NCBI GenBank assembly: GCA_046598345.1
Contig: JBKJIT010000004.1
Coordinates: 329,226 to 393,225 of the forward strand
Source of the DNA: Minisyncoccia bacterium
GTDB taxonomy: Bacteria > Patescibacteriota > Minisyncoccia > Phycocordibacterales > UBA918
DNA: 64,000 nt
Reading direction: 5' to 3'
Both the position numbers and the translations under genes were made by a program. Of this stretch, positions 56,165-64,000 are shown piece by piece. The stretch's first letter is position 1; the number at the start of each line of letters is the position of its first letter. The notes under the pieces were generated by a model. It saw nothing but the letters and a program-made list of their open reading frames with translations. It was not told where the DNA came from and did not search any database.

Positions 56165-57247
56165 ATGCAAAAATCCTATCTTATCGTACTTGTTCTTCTC
56201 GCAATCCTTGCAATCGCTGTTTTTGCTGTATTAATGAAAGAACCTCCAACCGAAGAGCTCACCACATTGGGACCAAAAGATATTGTGTACATGATTGGAA
56301 GTGATAAAATTCTCCTTTCAAACGGGAGGGCCGAGGTGCCTGCTGCACCGGGTTCTGCAACAAGCATAGTGACCGCATCGTATGGAAATGAGGTAACCGG
56401 TGACCTAAATAATGACGGCGTGGATGATACTGCGTTTCTCCTCACGCAGAGTGGCGGGAGTGGCACATTTTTCTATGTGGTTGCAGCACTTCAGTCTCAG
56501 AGTGGATACGTAGGTACAAATGGTATCTTACTTGGAGATCGTATTCTTCCCGAAACCCCGATCATTCGTGATGGCGAGATTTTCGTACAGTATCTCGATC
56601 GAAAGCAAGGTGAGCCGATGACGAATGGACCCTCGGTCGCAAAAGAAAGGATTTTTTATGTAGAGAATAACGTACTTATAGAACGGGTAAAAGAACTGGA
56701 AAAACCAGAGCCACTTCCCACTCCAGTACCAGCTTCGTTCAACACTACTGTATCGATTTTAAAAGGTACTAGCATTTCGTTTACTAATGGTCTCAAACTA
56801 ACGCTTACCGAAATTGGTGATTCACGTTGCAAGGACGACGTACAGTGTATTTGGCAGGGAGAGCTTACGTATACCCTCCAAGTAACAGGTGCTAACCTTC
56901 TAAAAGCGGATACTATTGTGCTTGGGACTGAGCGCGCTGCGCAGGTTACGCAAAATGGATATGTCTACACACTCATTACGGGCAGAGAAAATGGTCTCGA
57001 TCTTACAGTTGCCAAAACCCCTGTTGTTACGACACCACCAGATTCAACAGGCATGTGTTACGTAGGTGGCTGTAGCAATGAAGTATGCTCGGATCAGCCT
57101 GACGTAGCATCAAATTGCATCTACAAGCCAGAATTCGCTTGTTACAAAGAAGCATCATGCGAGAGGCAAACCTCCGGTGAATGTGGCTGGACAAAGAACC
57201 CTTCATTCTTGATGTGTCTCAAGACTGCTGAAGGTGACACGATTTAA
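56165..57247 (+). CDS. Membrane-anchored/secreted hypothetical protein with Cys-rich C-terminal module
   Basis: N-terminal TM (LIVLVLLAILAIAVFAVL). C-terminal region with 10 Cys (CYVGGCSNEVCSDQ...CYKEASCERQTSGECGW). Confidence 0.55.
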   Translation: MQKSYLIVLVLLAILAIAVFAVLMKEPPTEELTTLGPKDIVYMIGSDKILLSNGRAEVPAAPGSATSIVTASYGNEVTGDLNNDGVDDTAFLLTQSGGSGTFFYVVAALQSQSGYVGTNGILLGDRILPETPIIRDGEIFVQYLDRKQGEPMTNGPSVAKERIFYVENNVLIERVKELEKPEPLPTPVPASFNTTVSILKGTSISFTNGLKLTLTEIGDSRCKDDVQCIWQGELTYTLQVTGANLLKADTIVLGTERAAQVTQNGYVYTLITGRENGLDLTVAKTPVVTTPPDSTGMCYVGGCSNEVCSDQPDVASNCIYKPEFACYKEASCERQTSGECGWTKNPSFLMCLKTAEGDTI

Positions 57248-57278
57248 ATTTGACGTGCTGTAGTTCACTTGTATAATA

Positions 57279-57656
57279 TTGGTTCGCAATGGTGCGAACA
57301 GGAGGAGCTTAATGAGGCAAATTTCTGTAGTACTCGATCACTGGATCGAGATGTTCATGGAAGTACTAGGGCTCAAAAAAAAGAAACCGGAGACGCCCTT
57401 AGTCTGCATGCTTTCCCTCTACCACGAGGGGGGTACAAGTCAGACGCTCGCATTTTCCGTTCGGTCGGGAATGGAAGCACGTGGCCTGGCGGTTGCTGCT
57501 GTATCAGGAATTGAACTCCCGGACATTGTGTTGCCTAAGGCAGCCTATGCTACAGTAAGCTTTCAGGAAACCGGGAAAAGACGTGAAGAACATGCCTTCC
57601 CTGAAAGGTTTCCTCACAAGTTGGGAATTGTGGATCAGGCATTACACGGATACTAG
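57279..57656 (+). CDS. Hypothetical small protein (low support)
   Basis: ORF between a secreted-protein gene and a terminator; no domain. Confidence 0.3.
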   Translation: MVRNGANRRSLMRQISVVLDHWIEMFMEVLGLKKKKPETPLVCMLSLYHEGGTSQTLAFSVRSGMEARGLAVAAVSGIELPDIVLPKAAYATVSFQETGKRREEHAFPERFPHKLGIVDQALHGY

Positions 57657-57675
57657 AGCTTCACACTGCAACACT

Positions 57676-57705
57676 AAAGTCGGCGATTCGTCGCCGGCTT
57701 TTTAT
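57676..57705. terminator. Bidirectional terminator hairpin
   Basis: agtcggcga-ttc-gtcgccggct-tttt. Confidence 0.55.
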
Positions 57706-57707
57706 AT

Positions 57708-58727
57708 TTAATACCGCTCAGGTGCTGCGAAATCAAAGAGGATATCACAGGTAGCGTAGTCACACGAAGATCGCAAACCATCGCCAGTTCTATTGCGCAC
57801 ATTCACATACACAGTGTCCCCTGATTGCAAATTAAATAGAGCAAGATTCGTTCTTACACTATTTGGGTTGTTAACCGTAAAGTACCCAGTAGGTGCCGTG
57901 TCACCACTTTTGAGCTGTGACCAAAGATACGAACCTGATTGGAAGTCACAAGGATTTTTCGAAACGGTGTACTCTCGTGAAGTAACTGTTCCGCCTGGCA
58001 CCTCCGCAATACGAATGAGCCCTAGATGATTGATGTTAAGCGCTGGAGTAAATGTGTACGGCACCACAACTTTAAACGCAATGGTCTGATCCTTAAATCC
58101 TTCTAGAACGACTGCATTATACGAACCATAGCTCCCACTTCCCGTAATCGGACGTACTTGTCCATCCTTAGGCCAATAGGTGTTTGTTCGTGCATCGAGC
58201 GGGACAATCCTATCATTCGTACCACAGTAATTAGTACTGTTAGTAGTAAGTGGATTATTCGTCACTGTGGTTCCCCCGAGGGCACCTGTCCCGGTAACAG
58301 GATTAAATCCCACGTATGTTAAACGTGTATTCGATGAAGCGGAATATGTACACGTAAGTGTGTACCCGTCACGAACGGAGCCAGTAAGCCTAATCGAAGA
58401 ACAAGGGACATTTACTGTAGAACCACTACCAGTTCCCGCTGAATTAAAGGCCGTGTAGCCAGTACCATCTGTAATATTGGTGACGGGTAGCGTTGCTCTA
58501 TCTCCAGTAGTTCCTCCGCTCGTCGAAGTTGTACACCCAGCTGGCTGCGGACTGAATCCACATGACTCCCAGAAAAAGCCATTGCATACCATTTTGAACT
58601 GGTTGTTAGCGTCCATCGTGGTTGCTCCTTTTGAAGAACACGCGCTGCTGTCGTTTGCGGCAAACGTAGGTGTCGTTTGTACATTAAACGTAAAGAGGAC
58701 AAGGGCGATAAATAGTAGTTGTTTCAT
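57708..58727 (-). CDS. Secreted Cys-containing protein, paralog A of a tandem pair
   Basis: Signal peptide. Mature N-terminus AANDSSACSSKGATTMDANNQFKMVCNGFFWESCGFSPQPAGCT shared with the upstream paralog. C-terminal CDILFDFAAP. Confidence 0.65.
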   Translation of the reverse strand: MKQLLFIALVLFTFNVQTTPTFAANDSSACSSKGATTMDANNQFKMVCNGFFWESCGFSPQPAGCTTSTSGGTTGDRATLPVTNITDGTGYTAFNSAGTGSGSTVNVPCSSIRLTGSVRDGYTLTCTYSASSNTRLTYVGFNPVTGTGALGGTTVTNNPLTTNSTNYCGTNDRIVPLDARTNTYWPKDGQVRPITGSGSYGSYNAVVLEGFKDQTIAFKVVVPYTFTPALNINHLGLIRIAEVPGGTVTSREYTVSKNPCDFQSGSYLWSQLKSGDTAPTGYFTVNNPNSVRTNLALFNLQSGDTVYVNVRNRTGDGLRSSCDYATCDILFDFAAPERY

Positions 58728-58733
58728 ATATAT

Positions 58734-60185
58734 TTACTGGGTTGCAGATCGCTGCTCTTCTATCGCTGCTCTTATGGCTGAGACACCCGGACAATTTGAA
58801 TACACATTTCTTCCTCTATCATCGGTGTGCTGTGGTGCATTTGCCGCACTCATACCTGCGTTTAGGCCAGTGATGTTATAGGTAATAGCACAGGCCAAAA
58901 TTGGATGAGCTGCGTTCCAGGCACTTGAATAAAGGGGCCATCCAGGTGCAGCAGGATCCTCAGGCCACTCTGTACCATCAGAGCGGACGTCCGAAAAGCC
59001 TTTGCCACGACCTGGTATAGCAAAATCGAAAAGAATGTCACATTTGCGCTCCCCGTATGCATTAGGTCCGCACGTTTCTCTGTCTGTAATGTCGGGCAAC
59101 GCTTGCCCAGGATCGGGAATGGTTCCATACCCTTTCGTATCATGAGAAACGTTTACGTAGATAACTTCTCCTGGATGGAACATCATAACCCCGTCACCAG
59201 GCGATGTATAACCTGGTTTTTCCCAGACGCCAAAATTAATACCTGGAGCAGAACCACCCGGTCCACCTTTCATAATAATATTTGCACTACCTTCCTGTCC
59301 AAAATCACAAGGTCGCTTTGAAACAGAAATCATATGATCCGTGGTTTCGTGCCCTGGTTTTTCAGCAATATGCACAAAGCCTACAGGAGAATACCCCAAG
59401 AAAGGATTGACCGCGCTTGCGTAACTCGTTACTAAGAGCTGTTGAGGGAAAAGCCATTTTGAAGCCACAGTCGATGGATTCTTATTTGGAATAACAATCC
59501 GGAATGCGATTGTCTCATCCACAAACCCAGAAGTCATTGGACGAGTCTGTCCACCTGATCCAGGCCACGGAACATCCACAATTGAGTCTTTCGAACGACA
59601 GTACCCGCGTCCAGTTAGGTAATTTGGCGCAATCCACGTGCTGCTGTTTGTTCCTCCTCCGAGCGCACCAGTGCCTGTAATCGGATTAAAACCAACATGG
59701 GTAAGGCTTGTACTCCCACTCGTAGCCGGCGTACATGTCACCGTGTAGCCTCCCGTAACTGAACCCGTAAGCTGCATTGATGCGCACGCCACATTTGAAA
59801 CTCCTCCATTCCCTAAAATAGCGGTAACGGGGAGCGTGATGCGGTCTCCGGTAGCACGTTGCGCTGCGAGCTGCGCCTGAAGCATCTGAATTTGTGCAGT
59901 AAGAGCCACTACCTGTGCCTCAAGTGCGGCAATTGTACTTACTGATCCACCTGTACTTCCTCCAGAGGTTCCCGAACCACTTGTACACCCTGCTGGCTGC
60001 GGACTGAATCCACATGACTCCCAGAAAAAGCCATTGCATACCATTTTAAACTGGTTGTTAGCGTCCATAGTGGTTGCTCCTTTACTCGTACAGGCGTCAC
60101 TGTCGTTTGCGGCAAAAGTGAACTCCGCATTAATACCGAAAACAGCAATAAGGAGGAACAGCGGGATGAGAAGTAGATATTTCAT
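58734..60185 (-). CDS. Secreted Cys-containing protein, paralog B (483 aa) of the tandem pair
   Basis: Start set at MKYLLLIPLFLLIAVFG (signal peptide) rather than the ORF-track start at 60314. Same conserved N- and C-terminal modules as paralog A, with a Q/A-rich coiled segment and a larger central region. Confidence 0.65.
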   Translation of the reverse strand: MKYLLLIPLFLLIAVFGINAEFTFAANDSDACTSKGATTMDANNQFKMVCNGFFWESCGFSPQPAGCTSGSGTSGGSTGGSVSTIAALEAQVVALTAQIQMLQAQLAAQRATGDRITLPVTAILGNGGVSNVACASMQLTGSVTGGYTVTCTPATSGSTSLTHVGFNPITGTGALGGGTNSSTWIAPNYLTGRGYCRSKDSIVDVPWPGSGGQTRPMTSGFVDETIAFRIVIPNKNPSTVASKWLFPQQLLVTSYASAVNPFLGYSPVGFVHIAEKPGHETTDHMISVSKRPCDFGQEGSANIIMKGGPGGSAPGINFGVWEKPGYTSPGDGVMMFHPGEVIYVNVSHDTKGYGTIPDPGQALPDITDRETCGPNAYGERKCDILFDFAIPGRGKGFSDVRSDGTEWPEDPAAPGWPLYSSAWNAAHPILACAITYNITGLNAGMSAANAPQHTDDRGRNVYSNCPGVSAIRAAIEEQRSATQ

Positions 60186-60267
60186 AGAATAAGTATACCA
60201 AGAGAATGGAAGCTGAAACGAAATGTTCACACCCAGTGGATTCCGGCCGAAATAGACTGAAAATGCT

Positions 60268-60900
60268 TTAGCGCGAATACGCACCCTCCGACCATGCACA
60301 TACATTTTTACCATCAGTACGATTGTGCATGAGATGGGTTATTTCTACATTTCGCATGCGGAGAATATGGGAAAGATATGGGAAGAGTACCGTAAACGAA
60401 ATATTTCGATCGTGGCACATGTAGGCTGAAAGCAAGTTAATGAACATTGTGTGCGATACCACCACAATTGATTCATGCTTAGGTTCAAACGCTTCAAGGA
60501 AATTGAGCGCGTGATCAATGCGAATCTTGATATCGGTGAAATTTTCTGCATCTTTCATGTGCCAGGACCTATTGTCACGATGCAAGATCGAGAGGAGTAC
60601 ATACACAAAAGTCTCTGGATGAAAGTGCGACTTTCCATAGAGTGCGGTTGGCCTTCGGATTTCATGAAAAAGCGTACTAACACGGGGAGTAAGGCCGAGA
60701 TTGTTCCCGATAATTCCCGCGGTTTCTTTGGTACGTACAAAATCGCTTGTAATGAGGAGCGTAGGATTAAGCGCCCGAAGCTCTTCAGCGATGGTGCGTG
60801 CTTGTTCAGCACCTCGGGGCGAAAGCGGAGTACTCGGAGGTTGGTGCGTATGCGAACGATTCTCCATTGATTCTCCGTGCCGAACAAAATAGATGTGCAT
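60268..60900 (-). CDS. Histidine phosphatase (phosphoglycerate-mutase-like) family protein
   Basis: MHIYFVRHGESMEN (RHG catalytic motif), ...VVVSHTMFI. Confidence 0.75.
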   Translation of the reverse strand: MHIYFVRHGESMENRSHTHQPPSTPLSPRGAEQARTIAEELRALNPTLLITSDFVRTKETAGIIGNNLGLTPRVSTLFHEIRRPTALYGKSHFHPETFVYVLLSILHRDNRSWHMKDAENFTDIKIRIDHALNFLEAFEPKHESIVVVSHTMFINLLSAYMCHDRNISFTVLFPYLSHILRMRNVEITHLMHNRTDGKNVCAWSEGAYSR

Positions 60901-60902
60901 AG

Positions 60903-61955
60903 TTATGCTTCGTTAGGAGTGCAGACTTCAACAAGAGCAAGCTCGAGAGGAATTTGTGGGAGATACATCTTCCCCATTTGTTCAAAAGCCGAAAGAAACC
61001 GGAGGAGGAGATGCGAGTTGATAGGACTTTTGGGTGCTTGTGCTAATTGGAACAGCAATTTCCCTTCATCATCTCCTAACTCTGAGGAAAAACGCTCGTG
61101 TTCCTTCTTACTGTGCCGTATAAGAATCACTGCCCTGAGTCGCTCGAGTATGAGTCGAAGAAATAATTTCATGTCTGCCCCCGCATCAACTGCCTGCTGA
61201 ATTGCCGTGAGTCCCCGCTCTGCATCTTTCTCAACAATTGCATTAATGAACTCAATAATAAGTGCACTTCGGGGAGCCCCCACAATACGCGCAACTTCGT
61301 CGGGACTGGCAGTCTGATCGTCTGAAGCAAGGATGACTTTCTGCGTAATGCCGAGAGCATCACGAAACGCCCCATCAGCAGCAATGGCAATGAGGTCGGC
61401 AGCAGCGCCCTCGAGTTTGAATTTCTCTTTTTTTGCAACCGCAAGAACTGTTTCCTTGAGTTCCTGTCGCGAGGGTGACTTGAACTCAAATACCTGACAC
61501 CTTGAAATAATAGTAGGAAGTAGTTTTTCATACTCAGTCGTTGCAAGAACAAATACGACATGTGCTGGCGGTTCTTCGAGCGTCTTCAGGAGCGCATTGA
61601 ATGCCTCCTTCGTGAGCATATGCACCTCATCAATGATGTACACCTTGTACGCAGATTCATACGGAAGTGTGCGCACAGCGTCGTTTAAAGCGCGAATGTC
61701 ATCAATGCCACGGTTTGATGCTGCGTCTATCTCGTAAATGTCGATATCACGAGCACCAATTTCATGAGCAAAAATACGCGCAACCGTGGTCTTTCCGATT
61801 CCTCGCGAACCAACAAAAAGGAGCGCGTGCGGAATCGCTTTTTTCTTAATTGCACCCTGAAGTACAGAAACAATATGGTCTTGATTGCGTACCTCGTCGA
61901 ATGTCGCAGGGCGATATTTGCGATACAGCGCGGTTGGAATTTCTTGCATACACAC
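60903..61955 (-). CDS. dnaX: DNA polymerase III gamma/tau subunit, short form (domains I-III only)
   Basis: YRKYRPATFDEV, LFVGSRGIGKTTVARIFA (Walker A), YKVYIIDEVHML (Walker B), SRCQVFEF (sensor). Confidence 0.9.
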   Translation of the reverse strand: MCMQEIPTALYRKYRPATFDEVRNQDHIVSVLQGAIKKKAIPHALLFVGSRGIGKTTVARIFAHEIGARDIDIYEIDAASNRGIDDIRALNDAVRTLPYESAYKVYIIDEVHMLTKEAFNALLKTLEEPPAHVVFVLATTEYEKLLPTIISRCQVFEFKSPSRQELKETVLAVAKKEKFKLEGAAADLIAIAADGAFRDALGITQKVILASDDQTASPDEVARIVGAPRSALIIEFINAIVEKDAERGLTAIQQAVDAGADMKLFLRLILERLRAVILIRHSKKEHERFSSELGDDEGKLLFQLAQAPKSPINSHLLLRFLSAFEQMGKMYLPQIPLELALVEVCTPNEA

Positions 61956-62173
61956 TATAGTACGGTATGTACATCATTTTTTCTATTGTATACAAGAGGT
62001 GGTTTTTGAACCCCCTTACTAGTCTGTCCAGAATGCCTCTTCCGCTTGCGGCGAGGATGAATGGACATAAAAAATAGCAACGGCGGAGCCGTTTCTACTG
62101 CTAGAAAAAACACCCTGGTGCCGCCGGCGTAATTCCCCGTCGGCCTGCCGCGGGGATAGCGAGGCGGACGTTT

Positions 62174-63082
62174 TTACTGGAAAGAATCTGTAATTTCTTT
62201 AGTAACTACTTTCATGAGAGGGCATTCCATCCCAAGGTAGCAGAGCGCGAGCACGGGGTGTGCTTCTACGTACGTAAGCGAACGAAGGATGTCACCTTTA
62301 AGGTCGGCACTCCCCAAAAGTACAATGCCAATTTCACCTGTACCGTCATCACTTCTAAAGGTTCCTACGAAAGTACGTCCCGCTTCCGATGTATACCCAT
62401 GTTTCCCTCCCGTAAAATTTGGAAGTGTGCGTGCGGGATTATTATTTATAAACCCGGTCTCATCGCTAATATACATTTTAAGTTGTGTGATATCAGCGAT
62501 GTGCGGATGGTCTCTCCGCAGCGCCACGTAAAACTTGGCAAGATCAGTTACTGCAGACATATCCGTCGCACTAAGGCCAGTCGCGTCTTCAATGTGCGTA
62601 CTCGTGAGTGCGAGTTCGCTTGTGAGTGCTGACACACTCGCGTCAAATTCTGCGCCCAGCGTCCGCTTGATTGCAACACCTGCATCATTTGATGATTCTA
62701 TGAGGAGAGGGAAAAGAAGCTCCCGAGGGGTTGCTTGCTTGCCTGCATACAGTTTTCCCGAGCGCCCCTCTGTAGAAATATCACTCCACGTTACCGTCAT
62801 TACAGTATCCTTTTTCTCGCTTTCAAGTACTGCATATGCAGTAAATAATTTTGCGATTGACGCAATTGGGACTGCGGTTGTCACGTTATTCCCCGCAAGA
62901 ATCTCACCCGTATGCACATCAAAAATCCCCCACGTGTCAGTTGTAAGATCTCCCGTTGTGCCGAGTGAAGCTTGATTATTTCGACTTACGAGTCCCGGGG
63001 TATACGATACGAGAGTACCGAGAAGCGAAATGCTCACAAATACGAGAACGAATACGAGTGATAGCGCGATTTTGCCGTACAT
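62174..63082 (-). CDS. D-alanyl-D-alanine carboxypeptidase (peptidase S11, low-MW PBP)
   Basis: N-terminal TM, PIASIAKLFTAYAV (SxxK), IESSNDAG (SxN), GGKHGYT (K[TH]G). Confidence 0.8.
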   Translation of the reverse strand: MYGKIALSLVFVLVFVSISLLGTLVSYTPGLVSRNNQASLGTTGDLTTDTWGIFDVHTGEILAGNNVTTAVPIASIAKLFTAYAVLESEKKDTVMTVTWSDISTEGRSGKLYAGKQATPRELLFPLLIESSNDAGVAIKRTLGAEFDASVSALTSELALTSTHIEDATGLSATDMSAVTDLAKFYVALRRDHPHIADITQLKMYISDETGFINNNPARTLPNFTGGKHGYTSEAGRTFVGTFRSDDGTGEIGIVLLGSADLKGDILRSLTYVEAHPVLALCYLGMECPLMKVVTKEITDSFQ

Positions 63083-63160
63083 ATGTATAGAATACCGTGG
63101 AGGTAGAAATGAAGCGAGCGCACTTACGTAGGTAAGTGCGCTCGCTTCATTTCTTTCTGT

Positions 63161-63631
63161 CTATTTTGAGGCTGACTTCGCCGCGCTCTTCTTTACCGTC
63201 TTTTTCGCTGCAGTCTTTTTTGGAGCCGACTTTTTAGGTGCAGTACCTCCTAGTTTCTTAGCTGCAACAGAAACCGTCTGCATGACGCCACTTTTTTGGA
63301 TCTTTCCCCAGTGGTTCTTCATTTCTTTTTTGAAATCAGTCACTTCAGTCGCACTTGCATTCCTCACTTTTCCGTAAGCCCCTCCAACCGTATCAACAAT
63401 TGCTTTGTATTCTGATTCCGTGATGTGTTCAGCCTTCTCAAGTGCTTCAAGAACATCAGCCTTAGCTTTAAGTGCCCAGCTCTTTACCTTCTTACGATTC
63501 TTTGGAGCCTCCGCACTCCCATAGAGAAAATACGCTCCTGCCGCTGCAACCGCTGCAGCGGTAAGACCTACTCCGATCCCCATTTTTTGTGCTCCGCTCA
63601 TTTCTTTTTTCGTTTTCTTTGGTGCTGCCAT
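63161..63631 (-). CDS. Hypothetical protein with Lys/Ala-rich histone-H1-like C-terminal tail
   Basis: PKKSAPKKTAAKKTVKKSAAKSASK tail; N-terminal hydrophobic segment. Confidence 0.5.
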   Translation of the reverse strand: MAAPKKTKKEMSGAQKMGIGVGLTAAAVAAAGAYFLYGSAEAPKNRKKVKSWALKAKADVLEALEKAEHITESEYKAIVDTVGGAYGKVRNASATEVTDFKKEMKNHWGKIQKSGVMQTVSVAAKKLGGTAPKKSAPKKTAAKKTVKKSAAKSASK

Positions 63632-63639
63632 ACAGAAAT

Positions 63640-63966
63640 TTAATCTTCGTTCTTAATTTTTAATTCTGCCTTTCCTCCTTCTGCCGTTTTCGCAGCACTT
63701 CCCTTACGCGCTGTTCCCTCTTTTCGCTCACCGAATATCTTTCGAATAATCCTGGAGAGCGGACTTGATTCTGCGAAGTATGTACGAAGATGTGCCATGT
63801 CTTCAGCAATCACTTCACTTCCCGCTTCAATTCGATCCATTACACTACGAATTGATTTAAGAATGCGAATCACGTGATACAGCACAACACACAAAAGCAT
63901 CGTACATACGATGACCGCTATTCCAGTGACAAAGAAAAAGATATTCGCTTGCAATACCTCGCTCAT
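63640..63966 (-). CDS. Small membrane protein (hypothetical)
   Basis: 108 aa, one or two TM helices. Confidence 0.4.
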   Translation of the reverse strand: MSEVLQANIFFFVTGIAVIVCTMLLCVVLYHVIRILKSIRSVMDRIEAGSEVIAEDMAHLRTYFAESSPLSRIIRKIFGERKEGTARKGSAAKTAEGGKAELKIKNED

Positions 63967-64000
63967 AGCTCCATTGTACCAAACTCATTAGACGTCTTCT

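Noticed and set aside
60186-60314. 43-aa N-terminal extension of secreted paralog B
   Set aside because: The internal Met begins a canonical signal peptide, MKYLLLIPLFLLIAVFG. The extension would bury it and overlaps the downstream histidine phosphatase gene.
61956-62173. SRP RNA (ffs) upstream of dnaX
   Set aside because: I searched both strands for the helix-8 CCAGG...GGAAGCAGC core and for a tmRNA-like T-loop. Neither is present. The region is reported only as an unassigned GC-rich structured region.

Overview
This is a dense, mostly minus-strand bacterial window of about 47% GC, with many secreted or peptidoglycan-binding proteins and a giant repeat adhesin, consistent with a small-genome, possibly CPR/Patescibacteria-like organism (inference only). 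Recognisable core genes are dnaX, mltG, an RsuA-family pseudouridine synthase, a cold-shock protein, a peroxiredoxin, an S11 D-Ala-D-Ala carboxypeptidase, dgkA, tspO and tRNA-Gln(UUG). The most distinctive regions are listed below.

- A umuD...umuC pair (Pol V homologs) is split by about 2.6 kb. The insert carries a REP-associated tyrosine transposase (RAYT), four copies of a 25-31 bp REP palindrome (one lying inside the RAYT coding sequence), an ITPase (RdgB/Ham1), a cupin and a hypothetical gene. A hexanucleotide microsatellite lies at the umuC promoter.
- A copper operon csoR-copA-(HMA-CcdA-like)-cupredoxin-like sits next to tRNA-Gln. A perfect 22-bp palindromic operator, ATATACCCCCTAGGGGGTATAT, precedes csoR, and a second similar palindrome lies on the other side of the tRNA.
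- A 2210-aa surface protein carries more than 15 tandem Ig-like repeats.
- Two tandem secreted paralogs have near-identical 5' ends.
- A motor-less FtsK alpha+gamma protein is present.
- Three hairpin repeats with compensatory inner-stem changes form a small family.
- Direct 15-bp repeats and triplicated palindromes flank tspO.

No CRISPR array, rRNA or phage genes were seen.
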